From Mobula hypostoma (taxonomy: Eukaryota): DNA of 64,000 nucleotides. This document shows, in pieces, positions 26,101 through 40,362 of this stretch. The stretch lies in the NCBI RefSeq assembly GCF_963921235.1, contig NC_086097.1:42782001-42846000 (forward strand), in the 5' to 3' direction. Under the pieces are notes generated by a model. It worked only from the letters and a program-made list of their open reading frames with translations, had not been told where the DNA came from and ran no database searches. A program made the translations under genes and the position numbers. Numbering within the stretch: the first letter of the stretch is position 1; each line of letters starts with the position of its first letter.

Positions 26101-26344
26101 ATGTTCAGGCATATAACACTGCTAATCCCACTGAAATTCAGGCTCATCGCATTATTTTAATAGGGAAAAGCAGAGCATAAACAGAATATGAAATTGAGAT
26201 TTTTCTCAGGAACTTGGTGCAAATTTCAAATTGTAGTATTCCATATAAATATGAGGCACTATTCTAAATCTTATCCTGTCTTTGGGGTATGTAAGTTAGA
26301 ATTTTTAAAAGTTAATCAGTTATAAAACATAAACAAGACAATTA

Positions 26345-26540
26345 TGCCACCCTACCCCCCCACCCAGTTGACCCCTCACCTTGTCTTACCTGCCAGCTTG
26401 TTCTCCTCCCTCTCCCCCCACCTTCTTATTCTGGCTGGTACCCACTTCCTTTCCAATCCTGAAGTATGGTCTCAACCCAAAACATCGACTGTTTATTTCC
26501 CTCCTCACTTGCAGAGCTCTTCCAGCATTTGTGTGTGTTG
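26345..26540 (+). mobile_element. Penelope pseudo-LTR fragment, decayed HHR
   Basis: CCTGAAGTATGGTCTCAACCCAAAACATCGACTG...TCCAGCATTTGTGTGTGTTG. Confidence 0.7.
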
Positions 26541-26729
26541 TAAATAAGACAATAGGCTGGCTTTGTGAATTGACCACACGATAAGCATATTGATGGGCAA
26601 TGAGGATATCCTAAATAATTACACCTGCATTGAATGCCTCCAATACTTTGAGCTGGAGACGTTTGGGCACAAAAGGGAAAAGACCACTTGTACCTCCATT
26701 ACACTTCTTGAGAGATGCAAGGGCAGAAC

Positions 26730-27870
26730 GAGATCAAAGTTAAATTTATTATCAGAGTATATACATGTCACCACAAACAACCCTGAGATTCTTTTTCTGC
26801 AGGTCAAACTTAGCAAATCTGTAGAACAGTAACTATAAACTATAAACATCAGGAACTGTTAACTGCAATCAAACTGTGGAAATACAGATATAAATAAATA
26901 GCAATAAATAACAAGCATGAAGTTACAACATAACAGTCCTTAAATGAGTGTAGCTATCCCCTTTTGTTCAAGAGCCTGATGGTTGAGGGGTAGTAACTGT
27001 TCTTGAATCTGGTTGTGCAAGTCCTGAGGCACTTCTACCTTTTACCTGATGGCACCAGGGAGAACAAAGCATGGCCTAGTGGTGAGGATCTTTGATGGTT
27101 ACTGCTTTTCTAGGGCAATGTTTCATGTAGATGTGTTCAATGGTTGGGAAGGTTTTACCTGTGATATACTGAGCTAAATCCACTACGTTTTGTGGATTTT
27201 CCACTCAAAACCATTGGTGTTCCCATACCAGGCCATAATGCAGCCTGTCAGCACACTTTCCACCACACGTCTATAGAAGTTTGCCAAGGTTTTCAATGAA
27301 ATGCTGAACCTCCAGAGCCTACTGAGGAAGTAGAGGTGCTGTCATGCCTTCTTCACAATAATATTTATATCATGGGTGCAGGACAGGTCCTCTGAGATAG
27401 TGTACACCCTGGAATTTAAAGTTACTGACCCTGCTCATCTCTGATCCTCTGATGATTACTAGCTCATGCACCTCTGGTTTCCCTCTCCTCAAGTCTACAA
27501 TCAGTTCCTTGGTCTTGCTGACATTGAGTGAGGTTGTTTTTATTACACCACTGAGCCAAGTTTTCAACCTCCCTCCTGTTTGCTGATTCATCACCCCCTT
27601 TTGATACAGCCCAAAACAGTGGTGTCATCAGCAAACTTGTATGTGGTGTGGGAGCTGTACTTAGCCACACGATCATAGGTGTAAAGCAAGTAGAAGAGGG
27701 GGCTACGTACACATCCCTGCGGTGCTCCTGTGCTAATGGAGATTGTGCAGGAGATGTTTTTGCCAATCCGAACTGACTGGGGTCTACAAGTGAAGAAATC
27801 CAGGATCCAATTGCACAAGGGGGTAGAGAGGCCCAGGTCTTGGAGCTTACTAATTAGTTTTGAGGGATCA
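26730..27870 (-). mobile_element. L2/Rex1-Babar-like LINE, 5'-truncated
   Basis: [79 protein letters not shown] tail. Confidence 0.9.
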
Positions 27871-28069
27871 AATGGATTCATGGAACCAATCCTATTCACA
27901 AGTGACAAGATGTGCCCTACGAGTGAGGATAAGGGAAACTATTTTTTTAAAAAAAGGGGTCTGTGTGAATCAGCCATGGGACTGGAGGGCTCCTCAAGAC
28001 TGACCAACAATAGGAGGAAAATTGAATGGTAGTAACTTCAAGATACCAAAAAGTAAGGTTCACAGTTAT

Positions 28070-29345
28070 ATAACATAGAAAAATATACCAAAGAAACAGG
28101 ACCTTCAGCTAAATTAAACTAATCATATCTGCCTGCAGGAAGTCTATATCCCTTTTTTCTTACTATTTATGTGTCTGCCTATGCCTTAAACATTGCTATT
28201 GAATCTTTTTAATAGCTTGTCTGGCACATGTCCAATAAACTCACTCACCTAAAACCTATGCCCTCTAGTATCTAACATTTTTACCCCCAGAAAACGAAGA
28301 TGATAATTCACCTTATCTATGCATCTCATAATTTGATATCCTTCTATCAGGTTTCCACTCAGATCCCAGTGCTTCAATTTGTCCCACTTCTCCTTACAAC
28401 TCATGCACTCCAATCCAGGCAACATTCTGATGAATCTCTTCTGGGTTCTCTCAAAGTCTCTACGTGCTTCCTATTGTAGTGGCCAGAATGCAACACAATA
28501 CTTCAAAAGTGGTGGTAAATCTGTGGAATTCATTGCCACAGACGGCTGTGGAGGCTAAGTCATTGGGTATATTTAAAGTAGAGGGTCAATAGGTTCCTGA
28601 TTAGTCAAGAAATCAAAGATTTCACAGAGAAGGCAGGAGAATGGGCTGGAGAAGGTTAATATAATCTGCCATGATTGAATAATGGATCAGACTCAATGGA
28701 CTGAATGGCCTAATTCTGTTCCTGTCTTATGTGGCCTTACCAAAATTTACACAGCTGCAGCATAACATCCCAGCTGCTTTTATTCTTAATGGCCCTACTG
28801 ACGAAGACAAGCATGACAAATACCTTCTTCAATGCCTATCCACTTACATGCAGTTTTCAGGGAGCTCAGGATTTGCACCCCAAGATTGTCCATACTTCAT
28901 ATGATCCTAAGAGTCTAGACATTCTCTGATACTTTCCTTTTGTACTTGACCTCACAAATTGTAACACCTCACACTTGTCTGAATTAAACTCATCTACCTT
29001 TCCTCAGCCCAAATTCCCAACAAATCAATATCCTGCCAAAACCTTCAATAAACTTCCTCACTATTCACATATCCAATTTTCATGTTATCTGGAAATATGC
29101 TAATCAGACTACATACTGTGCACTTTCATCCAGATTAGTTTTACGAACACAGGCCCAGCACCTATCCTTGCAGAACACCACTGACCACAGACCTCTAGTC
29201 AGAAAAATGTCTCTTTACCATTACCCTCTGTGTCCTATGACCAAGCAAACGTTGGACCTACCTATCGTGAGGGTCCTTGTCAAATGCTTTACTAATGTCC
29301 ATATAGGCAACATCCACAGCCCTTTGCTCATCAATGTCCTTCGTC
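28070..29345 (-). mobile_element. CR1 LINE remnant with a plus-strand CR1 3' piece at about 28510-28730
   Basis: Alignable by eye to 11897-13098; the inserted piece reads GTGGTAAATCTGTGGAATTCATTGCCACAG...CCTGTCTTATG. Confidence 0.7.
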
Positions 29346-29786
29346 ACTCCCTCTTTTCATGGCTACCATCATGGAGGAGGTGCAGGAGCCTGAAGACACA
29401 CACTCATCATTTAGGAACAGCTTCTTCCCCTGCACAAATAGATTTCTGAACAGTCCATAGACACCACCTCAGTTTTGCACTACCCGTTTATATACAGAAG
29501 ATATTCCTTATTGTAAATTATAAATTTGTATGTATTGCACTGTAACACTGTTGCTAAACAATGATTTTCATGACATTATGTCATAGACAGTAAACATGAT
29601 TCTGAATCCAAAAAAAACTATAAATTTGAGAGACAGGACCCCCCCCCCACCAAAAAAAGATTGTGGGTGGGAATATCCTAGAAATGAAGCCATCTTTGAT
29701 AAATAATTTACCCTGAGGAATTATTCACTAGATGCATAGATTATTGGCACACATGGGGTGTATTATGATTATCCACGAATTCTAAA

Positions 29787-30215
29787 CATGTAGTTGGAGT
29801 AACTCAGCAGGTCAGGCAGCATCTGTGGAGGGAAACGGATAGTCAAAGCTTTGGGACAAAAACCCTTCATCAGGACTGAAAGGTGCCAGTAAAAAGGTGA
29901 AGGGAAGGGGTAGAGCAAGAGCCAGCAAGTGATATGTGGATCCGGCTGAGGAGAGGGGATAGACATGTGGAGGTGGGCAGAAGCTATAAGGTGATAGGCT
30001 AACAATAATGGAATCTGACAGGAGATAGTAAAAGGAGCATGGAATCAAGGACGGGAGATGGTGGGGCCAAATGGAGACAGTGGGGGAGGGGAACCAATGA
30101 ATATTGTCAACTTGGAACGTCGTTGTCCATTTCTCTCTCCACAGGTGCTGCCTGACCTTCATCTTGTTTATTTTGCTCCAAATTCCAGCATATGCACTCT
30201 CATATCACTGCATCT
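29787..30215 (-). mobile_element. Penelope pseudo-LTR with inverted partial copy
   Basis: Minus-strand pLTR (CCCTTCATCAGGACT at about 29862-29876) followed by a plus-strand tail ending TTCCAGCATATGCA; AATTCTA on both flanks. Confidence 0.7.
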
Positions 30216-32436
30216 GGAAATTCTAGGCCAATGTGAACCAGATTATACCCGTAAAGGACAGGAATGTAGGTGAATCTCACAGTTTAAGATGGTGCTGGTG
30301 AATCTCAGCGACTTCTGTCTGGTGGCCATTAAAACAAAGAAAACAACTAAATACTTTGTTAATCACTCCTTCTGGTAAACTATCATCGCCAAAAACAGTG
30401 TTTTTGTGTTCCTTTGTCTTGTGGCCACCTGTTAGGAGATGAATCTCAAGGTTGTATAATGCATACAGTACATGCTTTGATAATAAATGTACTTTGAACT
30501 TTGAAATTGAACTCAACTTACAAAATAAAAAACTTCAGTGAAAAATTAATGAAATGATACAAAAAAGATGAAAGAAAGATGTAAGTCCTCTAAAAAGGGA
30601 ATCTTTAAAGAAATTCTTTTGGGAAAACTTGCGATATTCCTCGAGTCTCTAGACTGGCAAATACTATGTCCATGTGACTCCACTATTTAAGGAGTGTAGG
30701 AATATCTATAATTAATAATGGAGTGTCTGAACACTCTGAAGATTTGAATCTGATTAGAGAGAACCAGCATTGATTCTTAAAGGAGAGGTCATGCCTGATA
30801 TACCTGAGTTTTTGGAGAACTGATTTTTGTTTTCTAAAGATGATCAACAAGTGAAATTGATGTCCACTTGTATATTGTCTTCTGACTATTGGGACTTTCT
30901 AATTCAAATCTCATTGACACCACCTGCCGCAGGCTAGAGCACTGCTTCCAAAACTTCCCCGAGTTACCGCCCCCTTGGCTCCCAGACCCCATCCCAAGCC
31001 CCTCGCCCTTCCCTTTGGCTGCTACATAAAAATTATAAAGAATTTTGATTTAAGATGCACAGTGAAGGAAAATAGGAACTGCAAAATCAAACCAGTGACA
31101 AATAATTGCAAAACATTATACAAATCTATTTGTAGCCACAAATAAAATCATTTCTTTTCTTAAATACAGTAGAAACAATTTTGATCAACAATTTTAGAGT
31201 GTCCATTAGTTGTCCAACTATTCACTACTTCATTGCTTTTTCACCTTTCAATGAGATGGATGGGCCTAGTGCAGTGATATCAGCTTCTTAACATCAGGCT
31301 GACTATCACTCAGGAGTCCCAGAATGCTACATTCAGTAATTTGCAGTTTGTTTGTTGCTTTTGCTCTCCACTAAATAATGATGTTGGAAAGGCAATGAAG
31401 AATATTTTGACCTTTTTCCACAGGGCAGAATAGCATTCAGAGATTTCTTTCTGAACCAATTATTTTGGTATGATTTTTTGAACCTCGGCTTCAGCACAAA
31501 GTCATTTTGCAGTGAGATCAGTTCTTCCTCCATCCTTCCTGTTAATTCCTCATTACAAGTGTTCAGGAGTATATTTATTACCCAATCTGGAATTTGGATC
31601 AAGAGAAGATCCTGTTGTCTCTCTGACATGTCTTTATGCAGCTCACCCAGGCGGGCACAGTACACTTGAAGATCATCTAGTATTCTTTCTTCCAACTCAG
31701 AGAAGCTCAGAAATTTGAAAAAGCCGCAACGGCCATTGTTGCACTTAAATAGGGATGACTTGGACAGAAACGGGAAGATGACTGATCTGACGTTGATAAG
31801 ATTCACATCATTTCCTTGTAAATGAAGATTGTTTTCATTAAACTTTGTGAATAATTTTGACAAATAAGCAATGTCATGCCAATATTCTTGACTTGATTAC
31901 TGAATGAAGCATTAAAGTCTTGAAAGAATTTTATCACAGTTTCAAGAAGCACGTAAGAGTGTCTCAGTTTCCTTTTGAGAGCCATCTGACTTCTGCGTGC
32001 AACAGCAAGTGGTCAAACTGTTCACCATTCTCAATACAGAACTCTCAAAATAGTCGAGAATTGAGATCATGGGGCTTGATTTTATTTACCTCTGTGAGAG
32101 CCTTATTTAATGATTTGAGCAGCCAGTCTCTTGGGATTTTTGCAACAAGATGTTGTCTGTGAATTACACAGTGAATAGTAAATATATTAGGCACAGCATT
32201 TTTCAAGAAAGTAACAACCCCACAGTAGATCCTGTCATTGATGGTGGCCCATCTGTTGCTCAAGCAAGAATGTAGGTAGGCGGAATGTCCTTCTCTTTGA
32301 AAAATTACTCAACAACCTGAAATATTGACTCCCCTTTTGTAACTCTTTCTAGTTCCCTTGCAAATAACAACTCTTGAACCTCTTTTATAAAGTGAACAGA
32401 AACAAGCAAAGATTCGTTGCCTGGTAAAGTTCACTC

Positions 32437-35170
32437 AATCAGAATCAAGTTTAATATCACTGGCATACGTCGTGCAATTTGTTGTTTTGTGGTAGCAGTG
32501 CATTGCAATACATAAAACTATAAATTACAATACGTATACTGTATATATTCTGTCTTGTCTCCCTTTCTCTTCACCATTTACACCTCGGACTTCAACTGCT
32601 GCACAGAGTCTTGTCATCCTCAGAAGTTTTCGGATGACTCTGCCATAGTTGGATGCATCAGCAAGGGAGATGAGGCTGAGTACAGGGCTACGGTAGGAAA
32701 CTTTATCACATGGTGTGAGCAGAATTATCTGCAGCTTAATGTGAAAAAGACTAAGGAGCTGGTGGTAGACCTGAGGAGAGCTAAGGTACTGGTGACCCAT
32801 TTCCATCCAGGGGGTCAGTGAGGACATGGTGGAGGATTACAAATACCTGGGGATACGAATTGACAATAAACTGGACTGGTCAAAGAACACTGAGGTTGTC
32901 TACAAGAAGGGTCAGAGCCGTCTCTATTTCCTGAGGAGACTGAGGCCCTTTAACATCTGCCGGACGATGCTGAGGATGTTCTACGAGTCTGTGGTGGCCA
33001 GTGCTATCATGTTTGCTGTTGTGTGCTGGGGCAGCAGGCTGAGGGTAGCAGACACCAACAGAATCAACAAACTCATTCGTAAGGCCAGTGATGTTGCGGG
33101 GTGGAACTGGACTCTCTGACAGTGGTGTCTGAAAAGAGGATGCTGTCCAAGTTGCATGCCATCTTGGACAATGTCTCACATCCACTACATAATGTACTGG
33201 GTGGGCACAGGAGTACATTCAGCCAGAGACTCATTCCACCGAGATGCAGCACAGAGCGTCATAGGAAGTCATTGCTGCCTGTGGCCATCAAACTTTACAA
33301 CTCCTCCCTTGGAGGGTCAGACACCCTGAGCCAATAGGCTGGTCCTGGACTTATTTCATAATTTCCTGGCATAATTTACATATTACTATTTAACTATTTA
33401 TGGTTCTATTACTATTTATTATTTATGGTGCAACTGTAACGAAAACCAATTTCCCCCAGGATCAATAAAGTATGACTATGACTATATACTCTTAAAAAAA
33501 ATTAAATTAAATAAGTAGTGCAGGAAGAGAGAAAAAAGTACTGAGTAGTGTTCATGTGTTCATTATTCATTCAAAAATCTGATGGCGGGTTGGGGAGGGA
33601 AGAAGCTGTTCCTGAAACATTGAGTTCATGTCTTCAGGCTCCTGTACCTCCTCCATGATGGTAGCAATGAGAAGAGGGCATGTCCTGGGTGATGGGGTCC
33701 TTAATAATGGATGCTGCCGTTTTGAATCATTGCCCTTCGAAAGTGCCCTGGGTGCTGAGGAGATCAGTGCCCATGATGGAGCTGGCTGAGTTTACCACTT
33801 TCTACAGTTTTGTTTCCGATCCTGTGCAGTGGCCTCTCCATACCAGACGGTGATGCAGCCAGTTAGAATGCTCTCCCCAGTACATCTGTAGAAACTTGAG
33901 AGAGTCTTTGGTGACACAAATTCTCCTCAAACTCCTAATGAAATATAGCCATTGTCGTGCTGTCATAATTGCATCAAAATGTTGGGCCCAGTATAGACCT
34001 TCAGAGATGTTGACACCCGAAAACTTGAAACTGCTCGTCCTTGCCATTTCTGATCCTTCAATAAGAGCTGGAGTGTGTTCCCGCAAGTTCCCCTTCCTCA
34101 AGTCCACAGTCATTTCCCTGGTCTCACTGACTTTGAGTGCAAGGTTTTTGCTGCGATACCACTCTACCAGTTGATTTCTCTCAGTCCTGTGCTCTTCCTC
34201 ACCTCTGAGATTCTGCCAGCAATAGTTGTGTCATTAGCAACAAATTTATAGATGGTTTTTGAGCTGCACCGAGCCACACAGTCATGGGTGTGGAGAGAGC
34301 AGAGCAGTGGGCCTAGCACACATCCTTGAGATGCACCAGTATTGATTGTCAGCAAGGAGACAATGTTATATCTGATCCATACAGACTGTGGTCTTCCATT
34401 GAGGAAATCGAGGATCCATTTGCAGAGGGAGGTACAGAGGCCCAGGATTTGGAGCTTGCAGATTAGAACCCAGGGTATGATTTTGTTGAACACTGATCTG
34501 TATTTAATAAAGAGCAGCCTGCCATAGCCAAGGCTAAGTGAAGAAACAGTAAAATTGCATCTGCTGTAAACCTATTGTGGTGAAAGGCAAAGCCCAGTGG
34601 GTCCAGGTCCTTGATTAGGCAGGATTTGATTCTAGCCATGATCAGCCTCTCAAAGCGTTTCATCACAGTACAATAGGTGTGAATGCCACTAGGGGAACAG
34701 TCATTGAAGCAGCTCACCTGCTCTTCCTGGGCACGAATATGATTATCATCTTTTTGAAGCAGGTGGGAATTTCTGACTGCAGCAGAGAGAAAGTGAGGAT
34801 GTCCTTGAATACTTCCACCAGTTGGTAGGCACAGGTCTTCAGAGCCATACCAGGTACACCATCAGGGCCGACGCCTTGTGAGGGTTCGACCACATGAAAG
34901 ATGCTGTTCTGTTGTCAACCTCCAGAACAGAGATCATAGAGTCCCCAAATGCTGCAAGGATTTGCACAGGTGCAGTTTTACTTTCCCTTTCAAAGCATGC
35001 ATAAAAGGCACTCAGCTCACCTGGAAGTAAAGCAGCACGCAATTCATGAAGTTGGGTTTTGCTTTGTAGGAAGTAATGGCCTGAAAACCCTGCCAGAGCT
35101 GTTGTGCATCCATTTCTAACAATCTCAATTGGAATTGAATTTTCCACCCTTAAAATAGACTTCCATAGGT
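32437..35170 (-). mobile_element. L2/Rex1-Babar-like LINE inserted in the hAT transposase
   Basis: VMKRFERLIMARIKSCLIKDLDPLGFAF, WILDFLNGRPQSV, TGASQGCVLGPLL; 3' tail ATTAAACTTGATTCTGATT. Confidence 0.88.
32548..33486 (+). mobile_element. Young Rex1/Babar-like LINE 3' part nested in the previous LINE
   Basis: LSPFLFTIYTSDF..QKFSDDSAIVG..QLNVKKTKELVVD..YKYLGIRIDNKLDW; tail AATAAAGTATGACTATGACTAT; TATACT on both sides. Confidence 0.9.
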
Positions 35171-36189
35171 CATACATGTATACATCTCATCCAACTGCAG
35201 AGCAAACTCTGTTGTCCTAAGTATGTTGCACCATGTATCTTCCACATTCTCAGATTCTTCATCTGTTCGTTTTTGAACAGAGCTGTCACTGAGCAGAATC
35301 ACTTTAATTATTTAGTCTGGTGACTTATGAAAAACTGTACTCAGGACCTTCCTTACTGCTGGCAGAATCAGTTCTTCTCCAATTGTATGGGGTTTTCTAG
35401 ACTTAGCCATGAGCAATGAAATGTTGTAAGTAGTATGCAAATCATTGTTGTATTGTGCTGTTTTGAAGTGTTTGCCATTTCTGAAAGTTTTCAGAAAGTG
35501 ACTGAAATTCAGCTAAGTTCCTGTTTGCTTTATAAGAGTGTGATCTGTTCAAATGTTCAAGGAGACTGGATGATTTCATTGCCTCATTTGTAAAAACAGG
35601 AATTGTGTCACAGAAATTACCTCACTGCATAACTAGAATATGGGAATTGTACTAGCTAACACCACAGTAGTGAACAGCAATAATACGGGACCAGGCCCAG
35701 AAATATCACAATTTCTTTAGTCCAGATTTTTCATGATATGCCAAATACAGAAGAGTCACATTGCTTTTCAACAACAATAATTTGCTTTGTGCAGAGTCGA
35801 AGAGAACGGTGGGTTAGTAAGAGGTGAGGTGATTATATGATCATTGTAATTATGAGGCACTGAAGATCAAATGCTTTTAATGTTATTCATTTCTTAAATT
35901 AAACCTGCAATCCCTCAGCTGCCCCTTACCCCTCCCCACCACTCCTTTAGAAACTCTTACCACCCCCAGCAGGGTGATATCACCCATTTTGGGAATGACA
36001 GGGCTAGAAGCACAAACAGGAGCAGATGAACAGACTAAGTTAGGTTCATGAATGACTTATTAGAGAGAAAAACAAACATGAAGATGCCTTCCTCACAGTT
36101 GCAGTCTTCTGCTGGTATCCAGGTGTTTCCAGTAATCCCATTTCCCAGGATCATTCCACAATGATGCTACAGCTAAAAATTAATCCCCA

Positions 36190-36800
36190 GAATTGCAACA
36201 ATTTTAAAACAATTAAACCAACATGGAAATTCAATTACTTAGGGAGCACAATAACATCTGATGGTAATGCGGATGTTGAAATTAGGAGGAGGATTGGGAT
36301 CGTTAAAAGCACATTCGAGCACTTGAGCAAGATACTGAAGAATAACATAATTTCTATTGGTATGGAACTCGTGTTGTGGTGCTATGTTCATTCCACAGTA
36401 ACAAATGGAAGTGAATGTTGGACAGTATCAAAACAAAATGAGGGAAGGCTCAAAGCTGTGGAAATGTGGTTTTTGAGAAGAAAAATGAAAATATCATGGA
36501 AGGACAGAGTAACAAATGAGAAAGTGTTGCGAACAGCCAGAATAAGAAAAGTTGATGTCATCAATTAGGAAATGGCAGCTGGAATTTCTGGGACGTATAC
36601 TGAGGAAAGAGAGGCTTGAACATCTTGCAGTGACGGGAAAAATTGATTGGAAGAAATAGACGCCATTAACAGCGTGTGACATTCATCAAGGGATGGACAG
36701 GCAGAAGTTTTCAGGTGCTTGCTAGAAGTTCTCAGATTAAAGACAGATGAAAGACTATGATTGCCCACATCATACGACGGGGCACATAATGATGATGATT
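36190..36800 (+). mobile_element. RTE-clade LINE 3' fragment
   Basis: FNYLGSTITSDGNADVEIRRRIGIVK..GSECWT..AVEMWFLRRKMKISWKDRVTNEKVL; (GAT)n tail at about 36789-36800. Confidence 0.85.
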
Positions 36801-37782
36801 ACTACAACTCCCAGGTCCATTTCCGAATGTCGCTGCTAATGTCCAGGACCATTGCTATGTGCTGCCAATGATCCACACAGCTCTCACTGTTACCCAAGTG
36901 GACTCTATTGCGCTTCTCAGTACTGACAAATGCTGTACTTCTGTGACAAATGGTGCATCTTTCACAATGCATGTTCCCAGATTCAGAAGTTACTAAAATT
37001 AAACTTAAATATCAAAACCACTCAATCCTTTCACAGAATGATGAGCATTCTTGTACAATTATATTTCCAAGGCAGGAATGAACAAATTTATTGAATATAA
37101 ATGCAAAGCTAACATTAAGAACCCATCACTCATTGTCCTTGAGATGGAACCTTGTTAAATTATGGTCCTTGTGGTAAAAGTACTTTTATCTCTATAAATT
37201 GAAATTTCATTTTGTCACACTGAATCAGTGACCTGATGATATTGCCCACATGGGATAAATGTCCCTTTTTTGATAAAACATAAATCCTGTTTGCATCTAT
37301 CTTCTTGTCAGCTCCTATCTGTAACTGTGTTCACTTTCCTTTTCCCAGCAGTATCAGGCTGCTCCTGAGTGCAGCTGTCTGCTCCAGTCTACCCTTCCAT
37401 TCTCCCGTAGGCTTCTGTATGCTGCATCACCGTGTACACCCATCTCTTCCAACATCCCTCCCTCATTCAGCACCAGGTTGCATGTACCTGCAATTTTCTG
37501 CACTCCTGCACCAGACTGCTCCTCCTGTCTGTCCAGGACTTTTCATTTCTACCCGTTGATCTGTGCCATTCTGCTCCGGGTAACACCAGTCTGACCATCT
37601 CCTCTGTGCGCTTATCTGAATCATTTTGCTAATCATTGTTCTTCTCTTTTTAAGGTCGCCTTCTCCTGCTTCCAGCTCCTCCTGTCTACATCCAGCGATG
37701 CCTGTCTAAATCCATTTTACACTTTCTCCTATCCCCCGTTCATTTTGTCCCTGCCTTTATCTGTTTGCTCTTGGTAATGCAA

Positions 37783-37814
37783 GACAGACAGACAGACAGA
37801 CAGACAGACACACA

Positions 37815-37855
<41 letters not shown>

Positions 37856-37881
37856 GCACACGCACACACACACACACACAC
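37783..37881. repeat. Compound (GACA)n/(CA)n microsatellite
   Basis: Directly visible. Confidence 0.95.
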
Positions 37882-38549
37882 GTCGTTTTGCTGTCATTGT
37901 GCCGAGTGTACACACTTCAATGTCTTTGCCCGGTATATTCTAATAATGGGCCCTAAAGGGTTTGGCTTTATGGTGCCTTTCCCACCATACATGTTGGAAT
38001 ATTGCATTTCTTTAGTAATGGGGATGTGTAAATGTATATACAGTTTGTATACTGTATTTAAGGTAGATGCTTGATAATTTTGTAATACAATTGTAATGAT
38101 TGTGGTGTGCATCATATTCTGAGTCTTAGGTTAAATTTGCAGGTGCCTAAAAAACGGGAGGGAGGGAGATAATTTTGTAAATATTGGCAGTTTTCTTTTC
38201 GTTATTTTCATAAGTTTTTCATGCACCTAATGAATGATCTTCTACAAAAGTGCTAAGCCACTCCAGCCATCTTTTCTTCAGTCATTAACCCATGTATGTT
38301 ACATACATGGTGCCAGCATCAGCTTATAAACTCACTCACAGAGCCATACAGGACAGACCACCCTCTGGGTAATCATCAGCAATAGAAAGCAGACAAGGAG
38401 GAGACTCGGGCAGAGAGCAGTGGACTGTCACAGACTGGAGATTATAAATGTTAACAGGTGGAGACACATCAATACCTGAGCAAAGGGGAAGAGACAAATG
38501 CTGACAGGAAAAAGGAAACTGTATGGCTCAGGGTCCAGCAGGTACAGCT

Positions 38550-39765
38550 CCCTTTAAGATCATTTCCCTTTCATCTATGCCCCTTGGTTTTATGATTTCC
38601 TACCCTGAGGAAAAGACTGTTACCATCAGCTTTGTCTATGCTTCTCTCAACATTTCTACAGGGTTATCCTACATTCTGTATTCTAAGGAATGAAGATGGA
38701 GCCTGGCCAATCTCTCCTCATAACTCAAATCTTCTACTCCTAGTAACATCCTCAAATCTTCTCTGCACTCGTTCCATTTTAACCACATCTTTCCAATAAC
38801 AGAGTGATCAAAACTGAACGTAGTACTCCAAGAGTGGCCTCACCAACAACTTAATGTCATATAATATCCCAGCTTCTAAACTCAGTGCCCTCACTGATAA
38901 AGGCCTCCATGCTAAATGCCTTTTTCACCACCCTGTCTACCTGCAACACTGCTTTTAATGAACTATGCGCTTGTACTCCTCAGTCACTCTGTTCCATTAC
39001 ATTCCCTAGTCTCCTACCATTCACAGCACAAGACCTGTGCTGGTTTGACTTTCCAAAACACTTCATCTTGCATTGGAATCCATTTGCTGCCCTTCATCCA
39101 CTTCTGTAACTGATCAAGATCCCCCAGTAATCTATGATAACCTTCTTCACCATCAACCCACCACCCCTAATTTTGTGTCATCTGATCAGGTCTTGAGCAT
39201 CCACATCCAAATCGTTTATACCAATAACAAGGGTTACAACACTGACCAATGTGGCTCACCACTAGTCACTGGTCTCCATTCCCAGAAACAAGCTTCAACC
39301 ACCACCCTCTGCTTTCTACCTCTGAGCCAGTTTTAAATCCATCCAGATATCTCCCCCTGGATTCCATGGGCTCTAACATTCCAGACCCAGCCTAACACAC
39401 AGTACCTTGTTGAAGACCTTGCTAAAGTCCAAGTAGACAAGATCGACTGTCCTACCCTCATCTACATTTTTGGTTACCTCTTCAAAAATCTCTAAAAAGT
39501 CATGAAACATGACTTTCTATGAACAAAGCCATGCAAAACTTCTCCTAAACAGACTCAGTCTATTCAAATGCTGATAGATCCCATCCCTCAGAATTGACTC
39601 CAGTAATGCCCCCACCACTGATGTCTGCAGTTCCTTGGCCTGGTCTTGCTACCCATCTTAAATAATGGAACAACATCAGCCACTTTACAGTCTTCGGGAA
39701 CTTCAACAGTGGTTAACGATGAAACAAATACACATCTCTGCAAGGGCCTCTAATTTCCTCTCCTG
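38550..39765 (-). mobile_element. CR1 LINE remnant
   Basis: Homologous by eye to 11897-13098 and 41898-44365 (YLDFSKVFNKVL, QNCTQYSK-type segments). Confidence 0.8.
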
Positions 39766-40362
39766 CATCTTGTATTTGTTTTCTTCTGTTGTTTGGGCTT
39801 TCCCACTTCTGCCTGTTGCTGTTAGTACCTGTCTGTAAAACATAGATTCTTGTTTATATCAGCCTGCTACCTGTGTTTCTTTCCATGCTGGACTGCACAT
39901 GACTATGGCCTTTTTGGCTCTGTCATTGCCTGTCTCCTTCTGTGGGCACCTGTGTTCCTACTTTATCCAGTCTCTGCCTGATCTTCCAGTTATTCCCTAC
40001 TTAGTCCTGAATCCACTGTTGGTGCTTTTGAGAGGCTTTCTACTCCTGATTGCATCCGAATCTTCCAGCTTTGGCCTTCTCTCCCTTGACTTTTCCATTT
40101 GCTTTCTCCAGCTGCCAACCCTTACCTGTCAACTTTTACCTGCATGTTCCTACTATGCCTATCTGCTATTGTTTACACCTGTGAGGACTTAAGTCTACCT
40201 GCCATTCCCCATCACCAGCAACTGCCAGACTGTACCTGTTGGCTCCTGAGTCTTACAACTTATTTTTCCTGTCAGCATTTTACTGTTCCACTTTGTTCAA
40301 ACTGCTGTTAACATCTGCATGTACCCTGTAATCCCGTCTGTTACAGTCCACAGCTTTCTGCT

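Larger units (their letters stand above)
30940..36001 (-). mobile_element. hAT-Charlie (SCAND3/ZBED-like) transposon fossil split by LINEs
   Basis: TSD GGCTAGAG (30932-30939) / GGCTAGAA (36002-36009). Transposase motifs FALQLDE|TLPGNESLL, HCVIHRQHLVAK, FNENNLHLQG, IPDWVIN. Confidence 0.85.

Noticed and set aside
31333..31863. 176-aa ORF as a domesticated ZBED/SCAND3 gene
   Set aside because: Frameshifted, LINE-interrupted and bounded by TIRs/TSD; a transposon fossil.
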